Origin: a virus
Direction: 5' to 3' (one strand)
Length of the DNA stretch: 31,423 nt
IMG/VR virus record: IMGVR_UViG_3300019458_000019
Location: 1-31,423 of that record
Below, piece by piece: positions 15,034 to 21,707 of this stretch (positions within the stretch are counted from its first letter, which is position 1; each line of letters begins with the position of its first letter). Both the position numbers and the translations under genes were made by a program. Below the pieces are notes generated by a model. The model was not told where the DNA came from. It was given only the letters and a program-made list of their open reading frames with translations, and did no database searches.

Positions 15034-15251
15034 ACAAACCAACATACAAAATGCTGCTATGCCCGCAGTGCAAGCGTGAGTGGTGCAGTGATTGCGAGCA
15101 GTCGGAAGCAATCAAACGGCGCGGCATCTGCATCAGTTGCCTTCTTGAGAACAAAAAGAAGGTGGATATAGCCAAGTTTGTCACCGATGCAAGCAAACAA
15201 TGCTTTGCCAAGCACAAACATCCGCAGACGGTCAGAAAAGCGGTAAAATGA
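15030..15251 (+). CDS. Small Cys-rich zinc-binding protein (73 aa)
   Basis: CPQC...CSDC...CISC. The ATG at 15030 overlaps the upstream TGA. Confidence 0.6.
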   Translation: MNKPTYKMLLCPQCKREWCSDCEQSEAIKRRGICISCLLENKKKVDIAKFVTDASKQCFAKHKHPQTVRKAVK

Positions 15252-15255
15252 GGGG

Positions 15256-15348
15256 GCGGCGGGTTCAGGTGTAGGTTTGACCCTGATTGTCGGCGCAGTC
15301 AGGCGTTCCTTATCCGAAACTGACGCAAGTGAGTGAACAGCCCGCCGC
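15256..15348 (+). other. Candidate structured intergenic element (GC-rich closing stem plus two hairpins)
   Basis: gcggcggg (15256-15263) pairs with cccgccgc (15341-15348). Internal stems are tcagg/cctga (15265-15286) and gc(a)gtcag/ctgacgc (15295-15326). Confidence 0.3.
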
Positions 15349-15365
15349 ATCACTTGACGAAAAAC

Positions 15366-15569
15366 ATGACAAGAGTGAAAATGAAATCACAAGAGGGGCG
15401 GACGGCAACATTGCTGTGCCCTGTTTGCAAAAAGAACGAACGCTGCGCCATCACGGAACTTCAAAAAGACGGCAACCTTGTGCTGCGTGAACAATATGCT
15501 TGCGGCACAGTTGTATGGTGGCAGCGCAAAATCACCTATGCCGAAACTTCGCGCAGCATCAAAACCTGA
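15366..15569 (+). CDS. Small Cys-containing protein (about 67 aa)
   Basis: LLCPVCKKNERC...ACG. The start is uncertain (15366 or 15381) and the RBS is weak. Confidence 0.45.
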   Translation: MTRVKMKSQEGRTATLLCPVCKKNERCAITELQKDGNLVLREQYACGTVVWWQRKITYAETSRSIKT

Positions 15570-16077
15570 TCGCGCCTTCCAACTTCACAGAGAAATCGTT
15601 GAGATCGGAAAAATCACCGAGCAGTTGCACTACTTTGAGATTGCGCGGCGATTGTACGAAATCAAAGCAAACGGACTTTTCAAAACGCTTCAGTATGCGA
15701 GTTTCAATGCTTACTTGCACGACAATGAGTTGCCCTTTCCTGCGACAGTCGGGCACGCGCTTGTAAAGATGCACGAACAGTTGGTTGTGAAGGCGAAGGT
15801 TGGCGAAAAGTCGTTGCGCGAGATCGGGCACACGAAGGCAACAGTGATTGCGCGGGCAGCAGAGGGGCGGGAACTGACGCAGAAAAAAGTCAAAGACCTT
15901 GTTGCAGAAGCGAAGGTGCATAGCGTCCCGACCTTCCGAAGCAGAGTGCGCGAGGAAATCACAGGCATCCCGTATGAGAAATGCGAGCATGAAAAAGACA
16001 GGATGTTTCTGCGATGCCCTGACTGCGGGCGCATCCGATACATTGACCCGACAACCATGAAACCGATGCAAGCATGA
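15538..16077 (+). CDS. Putative DNA-binding protein with a C-terminal zinc ribbon
   Basis: The helical N-terminal segment FEIARRLYEIKANGLFKTLQYASFNAYL resembles phage HTH proteins. The C-terminus carries CEHE...CPDCG. The start is ambiguous (15496 or 15538). Confidence 0.5.
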   Translation: MPKLRAASKPDRAFQLHREIVEIGKITEQLHYFEIARRLYEIKANGLFKTLQYASFNAYLHDNELPFPATVGHALVKMHEQLVVKAKVGEKSLREIGHTKATVIARAAEGRELTQKKVKDLVAEAKVHSVPTFRSRVREEITGIPYEKCEHEKDRMFLRCPDCGRIRYIDPTTMKPMQA

Positions 16078-16682
16078 TTTTCAATGATGCAAAATGGCAC
16101 GTCACGAAAGTGCGTCAAGCGTGGCGAGATATTGCCAAGCAAGAAGCCCCGAAGTATGCGGAAAACTATGGCTTCAATACGCACGCAGACCTGCCGAACC
16201 GCGATGAAGTAGGCATCATAGGGCGTGAGATTGTGCGGGAGTGGGTTGAAGCAAAGAAACTACGCGCAGAGTTCAGTGGCTTTGTCCCGCAACAATATGG
16301 CGACTTCGGCGATCTGATCATTGACGGCTTGAAGTGCGACATCAAGACGCGCTACAAAAACAGGGAAAACGCAAAGTTCTTTCTATACGGTGATGCTGCG
16401 CGGGTGTATGATCACCATATAGGCAAGCCAATGGATGTGTATATTTTTTGCGGTTGGCTTGAGAACGTGCAGGTGGGCGTGATCTTTGGCTGGTGTACGC
16501 GCAACTATTTCCTCAATCGTTCCTATGCCGTGCCAAAGGGCGAGATTGTCAGGGGCTATCCAGTGCGCAGCGCATATCACGAACTTGAACTGGCGCGGCT
16601 CAATCAGATTGAGGACTTCAGCGCAGAAAATATCGCTTGGCTCATGCAGCATGAGGGTGCTATAATAACGAGAGAAACATGA
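16074..16682 (+). CDS. PD-(D/E)xK-family nuclease candidate
   Basis: GDFGDLIIDGLKCDIKT fits D...(D/E)xK, with an upstream acidic helix (EVGIIGREIVREW). ATGA overlaps at both ends. Confidence 0.55.
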   Translation: MIFNDAKWHVTKVRQAWRDIAKQEAPKYAENYGFNTHADLPNRDEVGIIGREIVREWVEAKKLRAEFSGFVPQQYGDFGDLIIDGLKCDIKTRYKNRENAKFFLYGDAARVYDHHIGKPMDVYIFCGWLENVQVGVIFGWCTRNYFLNRSYAVPKGEIVRGYPVRSAYHELELARLNQIEDFSAENIAWLMQHEGAIITRET

Positions 16683-17032
16683 CGAACTTCACAGAAAAAA
16701 TGATCAAGCCGCCGATCAAAATGTGTGAACTCGCCTGCGGCGAGTGCGGACGATGGGCTTTGGTTCAAAAAGACAAACCAATCGCTTTGATTGAGTGCCC
16801 GTGTGGTGATGAGTTGGCTGAAAACGGTGATGTTGTCATCACTGCTGGACATGAAAGCGACAATGAACCCGCGCCCGAAGATCACGGACTTGCGCATGAA
16901 GGCGATCATGTTGCGCATCTGATACTGCGCGAGATATTGCGTGAAATGCAGAAAAACACGCGCTTCACTGGTGGCAGTTTCGTTGTTGCTGGTGTGGCAC
17001 TCGCAATCGCAATCCTTGCCATTTTTCTATGA
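16679..17032 (+). CDS. Membrane-anchored zinc-ribbon protein (117 aa)
   Basis: CGECG...CPCG, with a C-terminal TM helix (FVVAGVALAIAILAIFL). Confidence 0.6.
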   Translation: MTNFTEKMIKPPIKMCELACGECGRWALVQKDKPIALIECPCGDELAENGDVVITAGHESDNEPAPEDHGLAHEGDHVAHLILREILREMQKNTRFTGGSFVVAGVALAIAILAIFL

Positions 17033-17181
17033 AATGTAAAATCTGCGGGAAAATAGCCACAAGAAGTTCTCGTTATGGAGTGTTTTGTGAAAAACACTGG
17101 CGAGAACAAGGGATGGATGGAACTTCAGTAGAAGAAAGTGTGCGTCACGCAAACTACGAAGTCCGAGGCAACTACGACTAA
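17029..17181 (+). CDS. Small zinc-finger ORF (50 aa), below the ORF-track length cutoff
   Basis: The ATG at 17029 overlaps the upstream TGA. The product reads MKCKICGK...FCEKHW (CxxC-x13-CxxH), with a TAA stop at 17179-17181. Confidence 0.45.
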   Translation: MKCKICGKIATRSSRYGVFCEKHWREQGMDGTSVEESVRHANYEVRGNYD

Positions 17182-17193
17182 CCCCCATGCTTT

Positions 17194-17418
17194 ATGAGCC
17201 ATTTTTCAAACAAGTTTCATCAAACGGACAACTGCGTTTTTGTGAGCCAGTATTTTTGCGACAACTGCGAGGGCGGCTTCCTCACGGACTACAAGGGCGC
17301 AGTCAAGAAATGCCCCTCATGCGGCAAAACTCTTGAAGCACAGACCCCGCTGGTGATCGCAAGAACCGAGTGCAAACATGATGCAAACTTGATCGGGCAT
17401 GAGTATCGCGGCGTATGA
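17194..17418 (+). CDS. Small zinc-ribbon protein (74 aa)
   Basis: CDNCEG...CPSCGK. Confidence 0.6.
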   Translation: MSHFSNKFHQTDNCVFVSQYFCDNCEGGFLTDYKGAVKKCPSCGKTLEAQTPLVIARTECKHDANLIGHEYRGV

Positions 17419-17648
17419 GCCAGTGCGAAAGTTGTGCAGGCATAGCGAACATCAAGCACTGTTCGGGGTGCGGAAAGAAACTGCCTATTGATGACAAGTT
17501 GGTTCAGTGCGTTGCGTGCGGCTCACGCCTGCTGCACAAAATCGCCTTCAAGAACCATGTCAGGATGAAAGCGCAGCATGAGATTTTCACAGACGACAAA
17601 GACCAGCCACACGTTTCGCTATATCTTCAACTCAAAAATCTTCAATGA
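17415..17648 (+). CDS. Small multi-Cys protein with a C2H2-like finger (77 aa)
   Basis: CESC, CSGC, and C32-x2-C35-x3-L-x5-F-x2-H48-x6-H55. ATGA overlaps at both ends. Confidence 0.6.
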   Translation: MSQCESCAGIANIKHCSGCGKKLPIDDKLVQCVACGSRLLHKIAFKNHVRMKAQHEIFTDDKDQPHVSLYLQLKNLQ

Positions 17649-18043
17649 GTGGACTGACCAGCAAAAGGAAAGGCGATGACTATGAACGCGACTTGGCGCG
17701 GCGGCTGTCAAAAAGGTTCGGCATCAAACTGATGCGCACACCATTGTCGGGCGGGTTGAAGTTCAGTTTTTCGGGCGACTTGATGCGCAAAGACATCGGT
17801 GGCAAGAGAAGTATTTTTGATTGGTTTGTTCCTGACGGGAAGCGGCGTGCAAAGTTCAGCAGGGAACTGTTTGCAGACCTTGATGACCTTCGCACGGAAC
17901 TTCGCCGCAATGTGTCGCGGGAAACGGTTGCATTGCATATTTGGCGGTTTGACAACGATCCGAACGAGTACGCAGTGATGAACTTTGAAGATTTTGTCGG
18001 TTTCCTCAAGCGCATTGAACCGATGATCACACATGAACAATGA
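17645..18043 (+). CDS. Holliday-junction-resolvase-like nuclease (archaeal Hjc / PD-(D/E)xK type)
   Basis: N-terminal SKRKGDDYERDLARRL...R.PLSGG...GDL resembles the Hjc-type KG..(F/Y)ER...SG...D layout, with a later DGK. Motif-level evidence only. Confidence 0.55.
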   Translation: MSGLTSKRKGDDYERDLARRLSKRFGIKLMRTPLSGGLKFSFSGDLMRKDIGGKRSIFDWFVPDGKRRAKFSRELFADLDDLRTELRRNVSRETVALHIWRFDNDPNEYAVMNFEDFVGFLKRIEPMITHEQ

Positions 18044-18227
18044 ACAAAACAACCTCAACGGCGACAGCGTTCGCATGATGGTGCTGGATGTGGATTTTCA
18101 CCCGCATGAAGCGGTTTTTGTGATGAAGTTCAACCCCGAAATGATGGCACAGGTTCAGAAGTTGTTGATTGAGTGGGGCGAGAAAAATGGCACGCTTGTG
18201 CTTTTCACGCCTCGCCAAAAACTATGA
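18033..18227 (+). CDS. Hypothetical protein (64 aa)
   Basis: ORF overlapping both neighbours by a few nt. No motif recognised. Confidence 0.5.
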   Translation: MNNEQNNLNGDSVRMMVLDVDFHPHEAVFVMKFNPEMMAQVQKLLIEWGEKNGTLVLFTPRQKL

Positions 18228-18790
18228 CAAACCCTTTTCAGTGGTTCATCAACAGGCAGATTGTCAGGATAGGGCGCACGCCAACGCTCGGAAAAATCCA
18301 ACGGCAACTTGACTTGCTTGCTTCAAAAAAGTTGGCTCGCAATATAGCACCGATGCCCGATGATGATGCTGCCGCGGCATTGCTCAAGGCGATTGACATT
18401 TCTAACATACAGTTTGTCGCACATTGCTTGAACTGGATTTTGGGGCGAACCACAGAGCCACCAGTGACATTTCTTTTGGAAACAATCAAGGGGCGCAAGA
18501 AAAAGAAGCAAACGGACTTGCGACTTGCATTGCAGCAAAAACTTTCCGAAAATGCGATAGGCAGGGATTTTCTTGTGGGCTTGATGCCCGTGGTCGGCAA
18601 GAAATGTGACTGCCCGTGCAAACATAAGCAATCAAAATCTATGGGCGAGGACGAACTTCAGAACCAGCCGCCCGCTGATGGTGAAGGTGAAGGCGCAGCC
18701 AATGGTGAGAACACCGACAACGGTGAGAACACCGAGGGCGGCGAGGGCACTGACACTGGAAGCGAAGGCGGTGAAGGAACGGGCGAGTAG
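18224..18790 (+). CDS. Hypothetical protein with an acidic Gly/Glu-rich repetitive tail
   Basis: The ATG at 18224 overlaps the upstream TGA. The C-terminus reads GEGEGAANGENTDNGENTEGGEGTDTGSEGGEGTGE, and an 18-nt DNA repeat (ggtgagaacaccga) occurs at 18704 and 18722. Confidence 0.6.
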   Translation: MTNPFQWFINRQIVRIGRTPTLGKIQRQLDLLASKKLARNIAPMPDDDAAAALLKAIDISNIQFVAHCLNWILGRTTEPPVTFLLETIKGRKKKKQTDLRLALQQKLSENAIGRDFLVGLMPVVGKKCDCPCKHKQSKSMGEDELQNQPPADGEGEGAANGENTDNGENTEGGEGTDTGSEGGEGTGE

Positions 18791-18798
18791 CCCGCACA

Positions 18799-18830
18799 AG
18801 CCAGTGCCCCGAAGGTGCTGGCTTTCAGTT
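18799..18830 (+). terminator. Candidate terminator hairpin
   Basis: agccagtgcc-ccgaa-ggtgctggct (10 bp including 2 G-U pairs) followed by ttcagtttc. The T-tract is weak. Confidence 0.4.
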
Positions 18831-18845
18831 TCAACTTCAAAAAAT

Positions 18846-19082
18846 ATGAAAAACAAAATCATCACAGTCGTGTCTACGCTATTTTTTGTTATGGGGCTGA
18901 TTTTTTTCTTTGATTGGATCACCACAAAGATAGCATCAAGAGTTGCTGAAGAACCAAACTGTTGGGAAGAAAAAATCGCAGGGTTCAACGAACAAACGGG
19001 AAATCACGCTTGGTACAGCGACAACTTTGACTGCAAGGACTTCAAAACTTGTCCTGACTGCAAGCCGTTTGGCGATCTATGA
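18846..19082 (+). CDS. Small membrane protein with a Cys-rich ectodomain (78 aa)
   Basis: N-terminal TM helix IITVVSTLFFVMGLIFFF, then C...C...CPDC. Confidence 0.55.
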   Translation: MKNKIITVVSTLFFVMGLIFFFDWITTKIASRVAEEPNCWEEKIAGFNEQTGNHAWYSDNFDCKDFKTCPDCKPFGDL

Positions 19083-19171
19083 GCAAGATTTGGCACTACG
19101 CCGAGAAGTTCTTTGTTGGTGCAGGGATCGTGTTCACGTTCCTGTGCATCAAGTGGCTCATCGGACGGTGA
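19079..19171 (+). CDS. Possible 30-aa hydrophobic peptide
   Basis: ATGA overlap with the upstream stop. The product is MSKIWHYAEKFFVGAGIVFTFLCIKWLIGR. Short, so uncertain. Confidence 0.3.
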   Translation: MSKIWHYAEKFFVGAGIVFTFLCIKWLIGR

Positions 19172-19236
19172 ACCAATATGACAAAGTTCAGGCGAAAAGG
19201 GCGGCGGCGTATCAAAAAGAACTCTGCCGAGGCAAA

Positions 19237-19497
19237 ATGGAACTTGAGCGTTGCCATCAAGAGTTTCTATCGCAGCAGAAAAAAGAAATGCCATTGTTCC
19301 GATGCAGAAAATGCGGCATAGTTGAGAACACAGCACTGACGCTTTGTTCATGGATGCAGCCCGAAAATCCTCTTTGCTCATATTGCTGCCCGAAGCAAAA
19401 GAAGTGGCACGGACGCTTTTCGCGCACACAAGAAATGCCCGAAGGCGAACGTGACCATTTTGCAAACCATGCCAAAAGCAAGAACCATAGTTGTTGA
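19237..19497 (+). CDS. Small zinc-ribbon protein (86 aa)
   Basis: GAGG lies 4 nt before the ATG. The product has CRKCG...CSYCC plus His-rich stretches. Confidence 0.5.
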   Translation: MELERCHQEFLSQQKKEMPLFRCRKCGIVENTALTLCSWMQPENPLCSYCCPKQKKWHGRFSRTQEMPEGERDHFANHAKSKNHSC

Positions 19498-19792
19498 AAA
19501 AGAACTACTAACACAAGAACAAGAGAGGTTTGAGAAGGAGTGTGTTTATTATGATGGTAAAAAAGGAAAAGTATATGCTGATGTCGCAAAATCCTTCCTC
19601 TCCGAAAGCAACCAACGCATAGCAGAAGCCACAAGGAAAGAGGCGTTGGGGGAAGTTTTAGAGAGGATTGAGGGGATGAAAATTGACCCGCCCTATCCAA
19701 ATGCGAGCAATAATTATGCCAAAGAAGTTGATGAAGAAGATAAAATCTACAACCAAGCCCTTGACGACCTCAAATCCTCTCTCCTTATGTGA
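19469..19792 (+). CDS. Hypothetical protein in an AT-richer segment just upstream of the terminase genes
   Basis: ORF with visibly different codon choice (tta, ata, aga). It overlaps the previous ORF by 29 nt, and its stop lies inside a TGATATAGT element. Confidence 0.5.
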   Translation: MPKARTIVVEKELLTQEQERFEKECVYYDGKKGKVYADVAKSFLSESNQRIAEATRKEALGEVLERIEGMKIDPPYPNASNNYAKEVDEEDKIYNQALDDLKSSLLM

Positions 19793-19798
19793 TATAGT
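19790..19798 (+). promoter_or_regulatory. Extended -10-like element TGATATAGT upstream of terS
   Basis: It shares GATATAGTG with the element at 21643. The TGA doubles as the upstream stop codon. Confidence 0.3.
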
Positions 19799-19839
19799 GA
19801 AGTTGAAATCACAACAATCGCTTATTTTGACCAATACTT

Positions 19840-20325
19840 ATGCCAAACAAAACCAAAGCAGAAAAAGCGGCGTTGCTTGAGGAAGTGACGGGTTGGGTGA
19901 TGCTTGGCATTGATGAACCGTATCAGATGATGCAACTTGTTCCGACACTTGGGAACAACGTGACGGCAAAGAAGTATATCGCGCTTGCCAAGCCGAAAAT
20001 CGCAGCGATGCTCAAGTCAGAGGACAAGGTGAAGATTTTGGAACGGCAGCAAAGCAGCATCAGGCGCATCCGCGAACTGGCAATCCAAAAGATGAAAAAT
20101 GCAGACAATGACAATGCGTATGTTGGCGCACTCAACACGTTCATCAGGATGCTTGAGTTTGAAGCAAACCTGCTCGGCTTGGAAGCACCAAGTGAACTGT
20201 TGGTTGGAAGCAAGGACGATCAGGGCGAAAACCTTGCAGACATCTTGAAAGCATTGCCCGAAAAAGATGCCAAAGCAGTCATCAAAAAACTCAACGAAGG
20301 AAGGCGCAAACTTTCTTCCGCATAA
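19840..20325 (+). CDS. terS: Terminase small subunit (by position)
   Basis: 161-aa helical protein immediately upstream of, and overlapping, the large terminase. Confidence 0.6.
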   Translation: MPNKTKAEKAALLEEVTGWVMLGIDEPYQMMQLVPTLGNNVTAKKYIALAKPKIAAMLKSEDKVKILERQQSSIRRIRELAIQKMKNADNDNAYVGALNTFIRMLEFEANLLGLEAPSELLVGSKDDQGENLADILKALPEKDAKAVIKKLNEGRRKLSSA

Positions 20326-21649
20326 CATCCGCTGGCAATACGACCTCAAGGCGTTCATTGAGGAGGTTTTGTACCCTGCCGATCACCAAGCACTTGAACA
20401 TGGTTGGCGGCTCGGCAAACTGCATGATGAGTGGAACGATCTTGTTGCTTTCCCGCGCTTGCGCATCCTTGCGCCGCGCGACCACTTGAAAACCTATTTT
20501 TTCAGTACGGCATATCCATTGCAGCGCATCCGTTTCAAGCCAATGGATGAAATCTACATCTTCAGCAAAACGGACAAGCAGGCAGTGAAGTTGCTGGACA
20601 ATATCAAAAGAACAGTCAGGCAAACGCCCTACCTGCGCCCGTTGTCAAAAGGCGCGGGCGTTGATTTTTGGAACAAAACAGAAATGCGTTGCAGCAATGG
20701 TGCAACAATCTATGCGCAGGGTTTTTGGTCAGCAGTACGAGGCGCACACCCGAAGTTGATCATTTTGGACGATGTGATTGACAGCCAAGTTGTGTATAGC
20801 GATGAGCAGAACACAAAATCCATTGAGCGTTTCCTTGCAGACATCCTGCCGATGGCTGAACCCGACACAAAGATTTTCCTGATCGGGACATTGCAGCGCG
20901 AAGATGATCTGTACCACTCGCTGCATCCCGAACAGTATATTTTGAAAACCTATGATGCGATTGTGGATGAAGCAAAGAAGCGCACACTCTTTCCTGAAAA
21001 GTGGTCATGGGAAAAACTTGAGGAACGCCGCCGCGAGATCAGCCACAGTTTCGGCGACAAGTTTTTCCTCAAAGAGTACCGCAACGTGGCAGTGAACCTG
21101 CTCGGCGAAATCATCAAGCCCGATTGGTTGCAGTATTTTGACCGCAACGAGGAAATGCCCGAAGGCATTGATTATACAGGATGGGACTTGTCAGTTGGGA
21201 AAAAGCCAGACAAGGGCGACTGGACTGCTGTGTGCAACTTTCGCCGTGACAAGCAGGGCAATGATTGGATTTTCAACGTGAACCGATGGCGCATTGACTT
21301 TCCGACACGACTGAAAAAGATTGTTGAAAACTATCAGGCATATCCACAGACCAAACGCATCGCCATTGAGGACAACACGTTTCAGAGCGATACGGTGCAA
21401 CTTTTGATCAAGGAAACGCCAATGCCGATCAAGGGGATCAAGACAACGCAGAACAAAGTTGAGAAGTTCAATGTTGAACTTGCCCCGCCGTTTGAGAACC
21501 GCAAGGTGTATATCCGACGCGACCTCAAAGAGTTTGTGCAGGAACTGCTTGCCCTGCCTCGCGGGAAATACGATGACATGGCAGATGCTTTCTGCATTGC
21601 GCGGTCAGGGATCGTTCCACAGGGCGAACCCCGCATCCGCTGGATATAG
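20267..21649 (+). CDS. terL: Terminase large subunit
   Basis: Walker-A-like APRDHLKT, Walker B KLIILDDVID, coupling motif LIGTLQ. Nuclease acidic motifs are YTGWDLSVG, IAIEDNTFQ and YDDMADAF. Confidence 0.9.
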   Translation: MPKQSSKNSTKEGANFLPHNIRWQYDLKAFIEEVLYPADHQALEHGWRLGKLHDEWNDLVAFPRLRILAPRDHLKTYFFSTAYPLQRIRFKPMDEIYIFSKTDKQAVKLLDNIKRTVRQTPYLRPLSKGAGVDFWNKTEMRCSNGATIYAQGFWSAVRGAHPKLIILDDVIDSQVVYSDEQNTKSIERFLADILPMAEPDTKIFLIGTLQREDDLYHSLHPEQYILKTYDAIVDEAKKRTLFPEKWSWEKLEERRREISHSFGDKFFLKEYRNVAVNLLGEIIKPDWLQYFDRNEEMPEGIDYTGWDLSVGKKPDKGDWTAVCNFRRDKQGNDWIFNVNRWRIDFPTRLKKIVENYQAYPQTKRIAIEDNTFQSDTVQLLIKETPMPIKGIKTTQNKVEKFNVELAPPFENRKVYIRRDLKEFVQELLALPRGKYDDMADAFCIARSGIVPQGEPRIRWI

Positions 21650-21701
21650 TGTTGACGACCTCACTTGTGGTACAATACTTGGTGACATCCCTTTCCGACC
21701 A
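21643..21701 (+). promoter_or_regulatory. Late regulatory cassette upstream of portal (paralogue of 26047..26124)
   Basis: GATATAGT - GTTGACG - TTGTGGTACAAT - ATCCCTTTCCGACCA, then the ATG at 21708. The same ordered blocks occur upstream of the protease gene. Confidence 0.5.
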
Positions 21702-21707
21702 TAAAAC

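Noticed and set aside
19178-19321. Highly basic 47-aa ORF (MTKFRRKGRRRIKK...)
   Set aside because: It overlaps the better-supported zinc-ribbon ORF at 19237 in another frame, has no RBS, and its composition is consistent with an off-frame artefact.
18606-19497. Long track ORFs 18606-19082 (158 aa) and 18943-19497 (184 aa)
   Set aside because: Their 5' parts overlap neighbouring genes out of frame and look like Arg/Pro-rich read-through. Internal ATGs at 18846 and 19237 give compact, sensible proteins.
19761-19772. 12-mer ttgacgacctca shared by 19761 and 21652
   Set aside because: My rough estimate is that tens of exact 12-mer repeats would occur by chance in a 31-kb sequence. The copy at 19761 is inside a coding region, so I do not treat it as a motif on its own.
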